DNA from: Takakia lepidozioides
Taxonomy: Eukaryota > Plantae > Bryophyta
Length of the DNA stretch: 64,000 nt
Direction of reading: 5' to 3'
Assembly (NCBI GenBank): GCA_030704615.1
Contig: CM060732.1
Span: 19,034,001 to 19,098,000, forward strand
The notes beneath the pieces are model-generated. The model saw nothing but the letters and a program-made list of their open reading frames with translations. It did no database searches and was not told the origin of the DNA. This document shows, in pieces, positions 35,501 through 48,604 of the stretch (its first letter is position 1; every line of letters starts with the position of its first letter). The position numbers were made by a program, and so were the translations under genes.

Positions 35501-37417
35501 TTTGCTTCTGGTTACTATCATTGTACTTACTTCTGGTACTACACATGGCCTAACCATGTGAGCTGCCACCACTGGGCCCTCATTCACAAGAGCTCTTATC
35601 TCATTCTGGTGTCTTATCCAGAATGAACAGGCTGCCCTGCGATGTCCTGGCTGATTACAATAGTACCTCTCCCTTCCATGCCATTGTTATAACCACCATA
35701 CCTACCATAGTGGTCCTGATCATTGTTTCTTCTTGGCTGGGGCTGCACCTGATGCACCCTTACTTGCCTAGGTTCTCTTGCAGCTGTCCTTCTGTTGTAG
35801 TAACAATTCTCAGTAGAATGGTTATCCATTTTATAGATAGTACAGTATTTCTCCTTCATGTGGCATTTTGTGGTGGTATGGCCTTCATTCTGGCACTTTG
35901 CACACCATACACCCTTCCTCCAATGTGTTGCAGCCTCTGTGGCATACTTCTTCAAGATTTCTTCCAATCTTTTTTCATAGTTATCCCTCTTCAGCTTCTC
36001 CTTTCTCTTACTCTTCCTTTTTAGTTCTTGCTCTTCTTCTTCATCTGACTCATCCTCAGAGTCCTCATCATCCATTTTCTCTCTCCTGAGCATTCCCAAT
36101 TGCTCAATTCTGTTTGCAGTTTCAAATGCCTCCTCCACTGTATTATGGGGTAACATATCCACTTTCTTTTGCAACTCTTAGTCCACTCACAAACCAAGTC
36201 TTCTGTAAACCGGGTGCTGGTACTGCAGCCAGCTTTTTCATCATCAATTCCATCTTTTCTATATACTCCTCAACAGTTTCATGCTTCTTTTGCTTTAACT
36301 GTTGTAAACTTCCATACACTTCATCCTCAATTTTACTTGTCCTGAACCTATTTCGAAATGTTGTATTCAAGCCATTCCAGGTTAGGAAATGATTATCAGG
36401 GAATCTTGCATACCATTCACTTGCTTTCTTGATAAGTGAACAAGGAAACAATCTCATCTTGGCATCATCGCCATTCTCATTGTTCACTATACACATGTGC
36501 TCAAATTGGCTAATGTGTACATCGGGATCCCCTTTTCCTGAATATATTGGAAAGGGTGGTTTTGCCCGTGTTGGTTGTAACGCCATCTGTGGCCCTACCT
36601 TCTGCCCACTGACAGGTGCTGGCACCCTTGCTGGTGCTGGTCCTTCTGGACCTGTTGTTGTTGTGGTGGATCTTCCACCAAGTGGTGGCCCTTGAGCACT
36701 CCCTGCTTCTGGCCCCACGATATTCACAGTATTCCTAGCTTCAGTTGCACTACTTCCCACACTCCCTGTCCCCCCAGAGCCAGATCCAGGCAGCCCGCCT
36801 GATCCCCCTGAGCCGACACCTTCGTTGGCCTGTGATCCAAGTGCTCCACTTGATCCAGGTCCAACGGGTTGGGATGTCTTGGTTGTAGTCTCAACCTCAG
36901 CTGTTGGGTCTACTTCTTCATATTCTTCCTCTTCCAATTTCTTCTCTCTGTTTTCATCCTCCAAGTTCTGCCCTTGGGTTTCTTCTTCACTCATGTAACT
37001 CAACTGTAATGGTGTTGGAGAGTCTGAACTCTCCGTTGGCTCTGCCACATCCTCTTCTCCTTCTTCACCTTCCGCTTCAGAAACTGGAGTTCTTGCTTTT
37101 GGTGTTCCATGCCAACTCTTATCAAAGATTTCTGTCAAATCTTTTATCCAGGGATGTACCTCAGATCTTTCACCTCGTGATTGATCTTCTTCCTGTACCA
37201 ATTCCCTTAATCTTTCCTGCAAAGAAACAGAAGGAGTGGCATCCAACTCTAGTTCTTCCGGTATGGGTGATGTACTCTTTGATCTTAATGGTGTGAGAGG
37301 TCCAGATGATTCCCCTATGTCTATTCCTCTCTCCCAAAGATATGGATAATTAGCTTTCAGATAGCTTTCTCTTTTTATTGAATATCTCTGGCGTCTAGCT
37401 TCTCTTTCATCACTCAT
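32528..37417 (-). pseudogene. Ty3/Gypsy gag-pol 5' part (gag, zinc knuckles, protease, RT, RNase H, first half of integrase HHCC), in inverted segment
   Basis: Gag YSGKGDPDVHI, CAKCQNEGHTTTKC, PR VLIDGGSG, RT WLSPIVIVPKKNGKLRVCV and FMDGFSGYNQV, RH HCDASG...EREALAM, GGHFG...YWWPTLFKDV; frameshifts; expected FLDD reads FLEN. Confidence 0.93.
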
Positions 37418-37438
37418 GTCCCATGTCTTTCATTTCTT

Positions 37439-38134
37439 TTAATGTGGTAATAACCAAAACTCTCTTCTGTAATATCTCTCGTATATGCCTGGGTTTCTTT
37501 CAAGCTTCAATGCACCCTTGGTTATACTTGAAGTCTCCGTTACCATATAACAATATGGCAAACAAGTCTGAAAAGTTGTTCTTGGTGTGAGTTTGATCCA
37601 CAAAATATCCTTTGGAATCCAATTCTTTACCAGTACAAGCTCTTCATGCATATGAGTATAAACATTCACCTTTCTTTCTTCCCAGCCTTCAAACTCTACT
37701 CGCTTAATGGATAGCAATGCTATCACATAAACCAATGTTGGTAACCAACGTGCTCTTCCTCTACAGGCTACCTGATAAATCTTTATCACTCCTTTCTCCA
37801 GACCCCATTCCGGATCAGCATCATGCACTCGCTTAAGAATATTTTCTTTACAACCGTCTGGCAATTCCAAGAACCTTTGAAAGAATTGTTTGGACAATCT
37901 TTCTTCCTTCGTTCCACAGGGAATTTGATTCACTTCAAATTCTTTAATGGTCCAACCACCATGATCCCACCAGATGCCTGTCACATCTGGTTGTTCATGA
38001 CTCAGTTCCCCAGTATGGTCGCCAAATGTCGCGCGGCTTTTACTCACCCATCCCTTCGCTATCCGAGGCGGAAACTCCAAGATAGAAGAGTTGGAAATCT
38101 CTAAGTACTCAGCCCGCTCAGAACAATCAGTCAT
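37439..38134 (-). CDS. Extra 231-aa ORF upstream of gag, starting in the LTR
   Basis: Open frame spanning LTR end, PBS and leader, ending 22 nt before the gag ATG. Confidence 0.4.
   Translation of the reverse strand: MTDCSERAEYLEISNSSILEFPPRIAKGWVSKSRATFGDHTGELSHEQPDVTGIWWDHGGWTIKEFEVNQIPCGTKEERLSKQFFQRFLELPDGCKENILKRVHDADPEWGLEKGVIKIYQVACRGRARWLPTLVYVIALLSIKRVEFEGWEERKVNVYTHMHEELVLVKNWIPKDILWIKLTPRTTFQTCLPYCYMVTETSSITKGALKLERNPGIYERYYRREFWLLPH
38007..38024 (-). promoter_or_regulatory. Primer-binding site
   Basis: TGGCGACCATACTGGGGA two nt after the LTR terminal CA. Confidence 0.75.
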
Positions 38135-39049
38135 GACCTACAGCTAGTGTATCATGGGGGTGTTTCCTATTTGTTTTCCTTTCCGCATTCATGTTAGCTA
38201 CCTGGTTATTGATAATTAAGTATCAGTTTGCTTCATCAATCTATCGGATTCTATCAACTCATCCATTTCATTCCACAGCTTCACTCAGATCTCTCTACAC
38301 AGTGTGTGTGATTGTATCGTATAAGTATCAGATTATGATTTATCAGGTATCAGGCCGAAGCCACTGTGTCTCTAATCTGCTCTACAATATCACTACAGCT
38401 TTGCATATAACAAGCATCTACTAATCATCTCTCCTCCTTCACCGTGCTCTCCATCTTTGCTTCCGTTCTTACTCTCCGCCCGATCCCCTTTCCTGCATGA
38501 CCCAGAAGTCCTCCCCCGTGAAGTGCTTCCAAGAATCCCCCTTCTCAGTCCTTGCTTCCCCCTTTATCTTCCTACCCGTGGCTCTAACCGTTTCCCTCAC
38601 TAACCGTCGTCCGTGAACTAACATGTTCCATTTGTAGGTGTTGTTCCCACAGTCGTTCCCTGTCCTGCTCTCCGTTCCTTATGGTCGTGACAGCTGTGTC
38701 AAGCTGTGACTGGCTGTGTGAAATTGTGACGGGTTGTGACTGGCTGTTTGGCTGTGTCGGGCTGTGACTGGCGGTGTGGCTGTGTCGGCTGTGACGGGCT
38801 GTGTTGGCTGTGATGGCTGTGTCGGCTGTGATGGCTGTGTCGGGCTGTGACGAGCTGTGCTGACTGTGTCTGGCTGTGTCGGCTGTGACGACTGTGACGG
38901 GCTGTGTTGGACTGTGACGGACTATGTAACCCCCTTCTAAAGTGCGCTGCTGTCACCCCTAAGGCTCCTGTTGGTCTCAATCTGTGCAAAAATTAAGGGT
39001 ACCCTACAGATCTCGTATAAGTGTCTAAGTCCCAGAGAGTCCTCTAACA
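38027..39049 (-). repeat. 5' LTR of the Ty3 element (inverted)
   Basis: TG...CA, reverse complement of 44852-45893, internal CACAGCC-type repeats, flanked by ATGCC. Confidence 0.88.
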
Positions 39050-40500
39050 GGCATTCTGGGCAAGTGCTCATACGCAAGGCTTGCGGGATAAGAAATGTGA
39101 GATGGAACATATGTCCACATGATCCAAGTACATGACATCCCTCTGGGCCGTATGGATTCCTACACATCAAACAAACTGTGCCATCTGATATCCATAACGA
39201 CAAAACGCATCGTGGTATCTCTTCCCTCTGGGCCGGTTTGATGTGGCTGGTCATCCTTGTTGTGGTGTCTCACTCCTACTCTATCTCCAATTCCCGGTTT
39301 ATGCTTCTGTTCGACCCCGAAATTCTGTGCTCACATCGATCGAACATAGAATCCCAATCTGCCCAATTGATATACCTGGCGAACACGCTTGATTGATGCG
39401 ATGGAGATCGTTATACCTTGCATGTTGGCATAAATGCTATCCACGTTACGGTTCGACATGCGTGCGACATGTTGCAAGCCTGACAGTGCCCGCTCTACCC
39501 GTGCTTCTCTAGAGGCTAAATGGGTCGCCCATTGTACCCAGTTCTCCCAATCGCCATTCAATGGGACCCATGCCCGAATCTCCAACGTTTTGGACAAGCG
39601 CCATGTAGTTGCCATGACAATGTCCCGGTCCTTTGTAACGCTGTCGACATCTGATATCGGATTCATCTTGGATTGAATGGTGACCCTCGAGCATTCCCTG
39701 GTTTCCAGTACTGGTTCTTTTCATTTCCTCCTTCTCTCATCCGCAATTTGTTGTTCCTCAACCATGGTTTCATCGGCCACAGGGTCAAGGACGTCCGTAA
39801 TTTCGTGAATGATGAGGTCAATACTGCGATCGGGCATCACAAACTCCGCGTCCATGTCCACGACATTTGTTCGATCTCATTGTGGACAACAGTGCTTAAT
39901 TGTTTGGAGGCATGTCTTGCAATCTAGCTTCCCAACTCGGCTATGCGCAGTGTTTGCCAGTCTAGTCGGTCCTGCAGGGTCCTGATTCGCTGGTCTTTTT
40001 TCGCCATTTGTTCCTCTAACATTGCAGCCGCTTGTATTCCAAACGTGTCCGGGATGTACTCCAAATCGTATAGCATCCTTGCGTTCTTCCTACTAGCAGT
40101 TTGCCAATTCACTGGATGCAAGAGTATGACCTCCACGTACAACATGGATGCCAAGGTGTACGGGATTTGGCCCTTTAAGAGAGGTTGACCCCATAATGTG
40201 CAATGCAACCTCATTCGCCTATGCTGGAATGCAAGTTCGTGCAAGACCTGGACTCTGCGTAATTGTTTCGAGTTTGCACGTCATGCCTATCCAAAGTCCA
40301 CAATCGATTGATGTGGTACCACTTCACGAATTTTTTGCATCTCGCCATCGGCCACCTGAACTCTTCCGGAACATCCTCCCAGCCTTCTTCTGTTAGTATG
40401 TCAGGGTCACCATATACTTAACAATTCAAGTCTTGCCTTGACCATTTGATTTTCTTAGGGGGCGGTCCATGTTCATTGGGGGTCATCTCTTCCATGACGC
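39050..40500 (-). pseudogene. Disrupted ORF with coiled-coil and RING-H2-like finger, target of the Ty3 insertion; continues at 45894-46137 on the + strand
   Basis: CLMC...SCGHMFH...TCPEC stops at the LTR edge; TSD ATGCC/ATTCC; protein-like frame resumes after the 3' LTR. Confidence 0.6.
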
Positions 40501-40949
40501 TCTTCATCGTCATGGCCCTCTGCCATTCTGTAACAATCGGAGCAGCAAACACTAACGAGGTTTACTAATAAGACGTAATTCTAAACCCTTCACCCGAAAC
40601 GAGTTTGAGTAGGTGTCAAAATAGTTCATAAAAGCTAATTTTGTAGAATAAAATGATCTTGGAAGCCAGAGGAGGGCCAATGTTTCAATAGGAGCATCAT
40701 TTGGGCATGATACATCTCATGGTACCCAAAGCGCCTCTCCCGCTCATGTCCATGATACCTCCATTGGTGGCCAGTCCTCGGCCAGGAAGGGCCTCGCATT
40801 TGGCCAGCTCGATGCTGTGTGTGACTCTAGCTAGTGGCAGTTGGGGGTCAAGCCTCTCCTGAAGAGCAAGCACAACTCATGGCATCTTTGGCGGCAATGG
40901 GGGTTCCATTGCCATCAATGGGACAAACTTTGGCACCTGAACTCGAGGT

Positions 40950-41885
40950 CACAAGTATTGTCAGAGTTGTAATGAATGTCAGAGGCTAGGACCTTTGCAG
41001 AGATCTGGAAGGATGGCCTTGCATCCTACAATGCCTACGGAACCATTTCAGAAATGGGGACTAGACTTTGTTGGACCGATTAACCCACCAGCCAAGCATA
41101 CACGGAACAGGTACAAATTACAGCCACTGAGTATACTACGAAGTGGGTGGAAGCTAAAGCTTTGAGGGACAACACAGCCAAGTCCACAGCAAGGTTCTGT
41201 ATGAGAACATACTTACACGATTGGCTGTCCCTAGAATTTATCAGTGATCAGGGAAGTCACTTCATAAATGAGACCATTGAATTATTGACTAAAGAATTCA
41301 TGATTGTGCATAGGAAGAGTACAACATATTACCCACAAGGTAATGGGCAGGCAGAGGCTACCAACAAATACTATTGTACTATCCTTGGCTAAGATAGTCA
41401 ATGCAAACAGAACGGATTGGGATACAAAGCTGTTGACAGCTTTGTGGTCATACGGACTTCATATAAAGTCACCACTAAGTATACACCATTCCAATTAGTT
41501 TATGGTATGGAAGCCTTACTTCCAGTGGACTTCATGTTACCTACCATGAGAACGGATGGGGAAGGAAAGAGATGGAATTGCAAGATTCCAGTAAGGTCAG
41601 GAAACCCATGAATTATACCATGTGGAGAAGTACGTGCTGATGCAGCTGATAATATGACCAGAATTCAGATGAAGAGGAAGGAAACGTTTGACGAGAAAAA
41701 AGTTAAAAACTTTTAAGACGGGAGATTTGGTTCTATGGTTGCAGAAGAAGGGAAAAATTAAAGCTTCTAAGCTTAAATCACCATGGAAAGGACCTATGTC
41801 ATACAAAAGATGTATGATAACAACACGCCATGTTAAAACCATTAACAAAGAAATGCTGGGAAGAGTCAATGCAATAAGTTAAAGG
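40950..41885 (+). pseudogene. Integrase, second half (CC of HHCC, rve core) of the same Ty3 element
   Basis: HKYCQSCNECQR, PFQKWGLDFVGPI, TKWVEAKAL, ISDQGSHF, STTYYPQGNGQAEATNK, TPFQLVYG. Confidence 0.92.
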
Positions 41886-42029
41886 ATACAGTGGTATCCA
41901 TGACAAACCATTTGCCAGCATGATTTGCAGCATGTTGAAACGCAAGAGCAGTCCCGGCCTGCGCCAGTGTTACCAAGGAGAGTATGGAGCACTTGTCGCT
42001 TAGGCCAAGCATATATGACCAGGGCGGGC

Positions 42030-42305
42030 AGACACCAGCGTGACACAACCTATCACAGCCCTCAAGGGAAACACAGCCTATCACAGGTCTATCACGGACG
42101 TGACACAGCCTTATCACAGCCTATCAAGGCAAAACACAACCCTATCACAGCCCATCAAGGCGGAAACACAGCTATCACAGCACATCACGGCGCACACAGC
42201 CTATCACAACCTACCACCGCGTTTGTCACAGCCTATCACAGCTTACCACAGTGCACATCACGCCTATCACAGCGTACCACAGTATGACAACAGCCTGTCA
42301 AAGCT
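42030..42305. repeat. CTATCACAGC-type short tandem repeats in the retrotransposon 3' region
   Basis: Direct read; same motif family as the LTR repeats. Confidence 0.8.
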
Positions 42306-42374
42306 CAACACAATACTAGGGTTACACGATCCATTAGAAATCAGTGACAGGTGGACGCCCAATAACTTCAGGAA

Positions 42375-44760
42375 AATGGCCGACGGAAGAAAAGACGGAA
42401 ACCAGTTTAAAAAATAGACACGTGGAAGTCAGGGCGCGACACACAGTGAGAAGGAAGTGCAAGATCAGGTGTCATCAAGAAAGAGGACAAAGATGGCCGT
42501 CAAAGTACCTACTTAGCGCGTCGTCAAATTGGATGAAAGGCGGGGGGGCCCATTATGAATACGGTAAAAGGGGAACGAACAAACGACAAGTACAGAAAAG
42601 CGAAATTCTTGTCACATGTGTGATTTTCCTGTGGACTACCAGCAGGGAAAGTCCACTAAAGAAAATGAAATCTAAAAATCAGTCACAGCGGTTAAAGCCA
42701 ATAGAAAGCCAGAGAAAGATCAGAAATTGGAGGGAGGAAATTAAGCGCAGAGGCGGAGTCGTCTGAGTAAGGGGCATCTCGACTGAACAGACCATCAATG
42801 CTATAGCTTGGAAACTATGGAGGAACTAACAGACTTACGCTCGCAATATTACTTACGCAGTGGCATAGACACGAAAGAACCAGAGCGAAGAAGCTTTCTC
42901 TTGATCGATGCTTGCAAGCCCCGCAGGCTTACAAGAAATACCCATAGCTTTTGTGGCAACCATACGTTTATGCTTTGTGCACTACAGCATTTCTGCACAG
43001 TTGTTACAGCCAAAACATTTATGTGGGTCTAAAATGAGAGAGTGAGAGTGAATGGGGAATGGAAGGAAATCAGGGTGAAGAGCACCACCAAAATTCTGCA
43101 GAAACAAACGATTGCTACCCCCACAGGCGATACAGATACTGAAGGAGCTGAGATTGCAAGGATTGCAAAGCATAGATTGGACATTGCACCATATACAGTA
43201 CATGTTACATTCTTGCAGAAATTTGAGCTAAGGGACGGAACAACAACGGGAAGGGAGTTGAATTAGTAATTTACTCTCCCTATACCTCCAGCAAATTGGT
43301 TCGATTGCCAGCAGGTCAGGTGTATGTGGAGGAGCACAGGGCAAGACTGCAAATAGGGGATTATCCAAGAAGGGAGTTTCTTTAAAACTCGGGTTATGCT
43401 TGTACCAAGGCCGTGTACCCAGGGCTAAAGGAGGTAGGCCAGGTATTGAACGTTCTGATTGCCATGAACAGAACCAACAGTATTTGAGCAGATCCTTCAC
43501 GAAGGAAATACTCAAAGGCCCTGAAAGGACAAGAGGTAGAATGGGCGGACATAATGTAAACGCACTGGTAGAGGAGATGAAAAGATTACAAGGTACTACC
43601 GCAAAGTCTCCTATCATAGTGTCTGGCCCAATCATGCTCAAATAATTCTTGATTCTGGCATACTTGATGCGCAAAGAAAGAAAGGAGATGGAGTGTTTGA
43701 GCCAAGAAGAAACCACTGCAATGGAAGAGCAAGGCTCTTCACACAGTGAGGGTGGACTAGCAGGGCAACCGAGACTAAGAGGCAGAGACGGGGAAAGAGT
43801 GTGTAGTGGCGGGATCCACTGGCTTCACGGAAATCCGCATGATAAGTTTCCAAAGTTTTGTGCAGGAAGGGGCCCAAACAGCATAGAGAACTGCTTATTA
43901 CTGAAGCAGGACCTCAGAGAGGGAAGAGGAAGTTTACTTCAGTATCACAGCCATCAAAGCCAGATGATCGGCTTGTCACAAGGTTACAAGTTGTCCATGC
44001 AGCTCAACAGAAAAATTTGATTTGGAAAAAGAAGGGTTAGATATTCAACTACAGAACAGATAGTGGCAGAAATTGAGACTGGGGGACCTTCTCTATAACC
44101 TCATTTGTCTGGTCAAGGAGCAGAGATTCAGAGTTGCAACAGCTGCACAAGGGAAATCCTGAGTGCATATAATACACACACCTGTGTCGGAGCGGGGGTA
44201 CCACAGGTAGAATGTCAAGACACTGCCGCACCGGTGATGGAGGATGAAATGGTTCAGGAAGAAAATCCGGTGGTGGGACAATGGCATGAGTGGTTCGGTG
44301 AGACATCACACGTTGAGGATCAGGAGGAGGAACAGCAGCAACCTCACCATTGACCCTCAACAGGCAATGCTGATGAGTTCCATAGGCAGGACACTTAATT
44401 GTTGGGGACTTATGTCAAATCCCATGTTCCAAACTACAATTGACAGCCTGAGAGGGACCTCAAGAAGGAGTTTGAGGCTTGACTAGCCACTGAGTGGCAA
44501 ACAAGGGAGATGAGGAGGTCACTCTCAAGATGCAGCAGGACTTGGAAAATACAGAAGCGGCTGCAATTGGCCACGGACAATTGAACAATTGATGAGGCAG
44601 GCCTCGCGCAAGACCAATGCACGAAGCACATAAGCAACAGCTATACCAAATGCAGTACAGCATGAAAGCAAGTTGCAAGAAGTGAATGCACTACATACGG
44701 AGTTGCAGACAGTGCATGACAGGATGGCCATACAATGTGCTACACTCACAAACTATGCTA
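42375..44760 (+). pseudogene. Decayed extra ORF between pol and the 3' LTR
   Basis: Run of short protein-like frames on the sense strand ending in a Glu/Gln-rich coiled-coil; family not recognised. Confidence 0.45.
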
Positions 44761-44851
44761 TCTCAACGTCAGAAAGGTGCTCACTCACAAAAGGGTTGTT
44801 AATCGAAATCAGTAAACGTGAGGACACGGCTTTTTGAGAGGGGAAGGGTAA

Positions 44852-45893
44852 TGGTTGGAGGAGGTCGTGGGACTTAGACACTTATACAGGATCTGTAGGG
44901 TACCCTTAATTTTTGCACAGACTGAGAACCAACAGGAGCCTTAGGGGTGACAGCAGCGCACTTTAGAAGGGGGTTACACAGTCCGTCACAGTCCACACAG
45001 GCCCGTCACAGCCAACACAGCTGCACAGCACACAGGACAGCCAGTCACAGCCGACACAGCCAGACACAGTCAGCACAGCTCGTCACAGCCCGCACAGCCA
45101 TCACAGCGGACACAGCCATCACAGCCAACACAGCCCGTCACAGCCCGACTCAGCCACACAGCCAGTCACAGCGACTCAGCCAAACAAGTCGCACAGCCAG
45201 TCACAGCTTGACACACTATCACGACCATAAGGAACGGGAGAGCAGGACAGGAAACGACTGGGGGAACAACACTGCAAATGGAACATGTTAGTTCACGGAC
45301 GACGGTTAGTGAGGGGAAACGTTAGAGCCACGGGTAGAAGATAAAGGGGGAAGCAAGGACTGAGAAGGGGGATTCTTGGAAGCACTTCACGGGGGAGGAC
45401 TCTGGGTCATGCAGGAAAGGGGATCGGGAGGAGAGATAGAACGGAAGCAAAGATGGAGAGCACGGTGAAGGAGGAGGATGATTAGTAGATGCTTGTTATA
45501 TGCACAGCTGTAGTGATCGTGATTTGTATGAGTATGATTGTAGAGAGATTAGAAGACACAAGGCTTCGGCCTGATACCTGATAAATCATAATCTGATACT
45601 TATACGATACAATCACACTGTGTAGAGAGATCTGAGTGAAGCTGTGGAATGAATGGATGAGTTGATAGAATCCGATAGAATTGATGATGAAGCAAACTGA
45701 TACTTAATTATCAATAACCAGGTGGCTAACATGAATGCGAAAGGAAAACAAATAGGAAACACCCCCATGATACAATAGCTGTAGGACAGACTGATTGTTC
45801 TGAGCGGGTGAATACTTAGAGATTTCCAACTCTTCTATCTGCGAGTTTCCGCCTCGGATACGAATGGATGGGTGAGTAAAAAGCCGCGCGACA
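44852..45893 (+). repeat. 3' LTR of the Ty3 element
   Basis: Preceded by PPT GAGAGGGGAAGGG (about 44836-44848); TG...CA; followed by ATTCC. Confidence 0.88.
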
Positions 45894-46215
45894 ATTCCAT
45901 AACACCAAATCCATCGCCGTTTTTTATTAGCTGCTGGGCTTGGAGGATCGAATGCCCATAGGTTTTGAATACAATCGACAAAACCCCCCATTGGATGGGC
46001 TACCATTCACATTGATTGTTGCATTGGGGCAAGAAGAACTTCGTATGGGGATGCAGACAGAGAGAGATGCATGGCATAAATGCAGGAGGAAACCCGACAA
46101 CATCAAAGAACCCCAGTATTTCTGGGGTCACATCTAAGTGGAGATAACCATACGTACGGGAGGCATTCCGATTGGTGGAGAGAGAGCAGTTTTGCCGCAC
46201 TCTAGGGAGCGCATT

Positions 46216-46715
46216 NNNNNNNNNNNNNNNNNNNNNNNNNNNNNNNNNNNNNNNNNNNNNNNNNNNNNNNNNNNNNNNNNNNNNNNNNNNNNNNNNNNNN
46301 NNNNNNNNNNNNNNNNNNNNNNNNNNNNNNNNNNNNNNNNNNNNNNNNNNNNNNNNNNNNNNNNNNNNNNNNNNNNNNNNNNNNNNNNNNNNNNNNNNNN
46401 NNNNNNNNNNNNNNNNNNNNNNNNNNNNNNNNNNNNNNNNNNNNNNNNNNNNNNNNNNNNNNNNNNNNNNNNNNNNNNNNNNNNNNNNNNNNNNNNNNNN
46501 NNNNNNNNNNNNNNNNNNNNNNNNNNNNNNNNNNNNNNNNNNNNNNNNNNNNNNNNNNNNNNNNNNNNNNNNNNNNNNNNNNNNNNNNNNNNNNNNNNNN
46601 NNNNNNNNNNNNNNNNNNNNNNNNNNNNNNNNNNNNNNNNNNNNNNNNNNNNNNNNNNNNNNNNNNNNNNNNNNNNNNNNNNNNNNNNNNNNNNNNNNNN
46701 NNNNNNNNNNNNNNN
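46216..46715. other. Assembly gap (500 N)
   Basis: Direct read. Confidence 1.
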
Positions 46716-47117
46716 GCGGTCTAACTCCACGGCATACGCTCGTTTTTGGCCATAGTGATGTGATCAGCCCACTCGAGTGTGCAGAGGGAACCACAACGAT
46801 GCGAGTTCGAAGGCTGACTTCTTCATAGCCGCCCAAAACGCACCGCAGGGGTCACCATGCTTATTGGACCTCACGGTGCACAAACAATCTTTGCCGGAAT
46901 TTCTTTTATTGTCCCACCCTCTCCTTCTTTGTGACCTCCTTCCCCTCCACCTTTGTTCCCCACTGGCCTCCCCGCATGCACAATCACCACTTCGTCTTCA
47001 TGGGACCTCTTCATCTTCTTCTTCTTCTTTCCTTCCCCTTCCCTACTTCCACTGTCGCCGCCGCACCTCACTTCGGTAAGCTCTCCCCTTCAGTTATGTA
47101 CTCACTAGATGGCGGGC

Positions 47118-47765
47118 CTAACTCCCAACCTGCCCGCCCGGCCAACTTGGAGGCTCAGGCTGCTCACCGGGGCATAACGGTCCCCCCTTGATCTCCCAAA
47201 GAACCTCCAACGATTGGAACCAGCGGAATCCCTTTGGTAGTGGCAGTCCGGGAACAGCTCCCCACTCTTTGGTCGCTTTCCGGCTCGCTCGCTTACTCAC
47301 TAGTTTTGGTCACCACGGGCTTGCACCGTTCTTGGGATTACTACTCCCTATATATACTTCTGTAGGTGTCCCGGGGGTTTCACAAACAACCATGCCATTT
47401 TATGGCGAACCCCACGAACACGCTCGATCCCGGTGATGAGTCGCGGTGAGTCTTGGCCCACCCACCACGCCCTATGGACCGTGATGAAGTCCCAAGACTC
47501 CCCACGACTCCCACCACGAGGTATCCGCCCCAGGGTGAGTCTATGACACCCCACTAAGTCTCGCTACTAAGCTACCACCATCCCTTGTGGGAGCCACCCC
47601 CACCGCACCCGGTGTGCGGGGCTCCACCTAGTGAGACCTCTGCCTCCTTGAGTGCCTTGGGCACTCAAGGTGCTTCAGCCCCCCATAACCTATCGCTGCC
47701 ACTGCCCCCACAACAGGGGCAGCCACCTTGTGTCCAGACCCCCTGCCCTCAAGGCAAAGGGGCCG
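47118..47765. repeat. Direct duplicate of about 49665-50315 (integrase 5' region)
   Basis: Near-identical sequence differing mostly by 1-nt indels. Confidence 0.85.
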
Positions 47766-48604
47766 CGACCACACCCCTACCAGCAGGGAGTCGTCGGCTT
47801 GTCCAATTTTGTGGAACGAACATCCAAGTTGTGGCGTCCCACATCAAGGAGTTGTTTCCGTACCATGGCGTCCCTGGCAAAGAACCAAACCCCCACACTT
47901 GACTCTACTTGCCACTAGCTAGTTCGGCCGCTTCCTCCAAGTCCCGGCCAAGGGGGAGCCTCTCAAGCTCCTCCCAGTGCACTCTCCTTGGCCTACTTCA
48001 AGGCCAAGGAACGATCCTCCCGAGGATCGAATCGCCTTACTGCAACAACATTGCTTGCGACCGCTATGATGCCGCTTTTGGCACCACCTTGAGCAAGGGT
48101 TCACCTCGAACCCTCTTTGACTATGGAAGATAACCTTGAACCAACCGCGCGCCCAATCACTACAATTGGTCCGCCTTGGGAATGTTGGCCTGAGGTACGG
48201 GAACACGCCGAAGCCGCACTACGACTTTGTCCCGAGGCTACACGATTATAGTACGTGAACGGAAGCAAGAGCTTCCGCGTTAGCCCACACTACAAAGCAA
48301 CCCCTCGGTTGTAGCGCAGTTATAGTATGCGCACGCGCTAGGAGCGCACTAGCAAGTGAACTCCTAAAGAAGGCGCAAGTTTCCTTGCCCCTTGGATGGG
48401 AGTCACCCGATTTCGGCACTGCGCAAAAACACGATTAACCCAAATTACCTCTCCCACTTTTGTAAGCTAGCATGCATTCTACACACTAGCCAACCACACA
48501 TGCATCACCATTCCAACAAAATCGGACGCAAAACATTTGGAACCCATTTCCTTTATAACAAATTTTTGTACAATACAAGTTTTTGCAATCGGATTCCTAG
48601 CTAG

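Noticed and set aside
38027-45893. DIRS-type or foldback element with inverted terminal repeats
   Set aside because: PBS, PPT, TSD and the split DDE integrase show ordinary LTRs flipped by an inversion.
46000-46836. Long ORFs across the N run
   Set aside because: Gap artefact.
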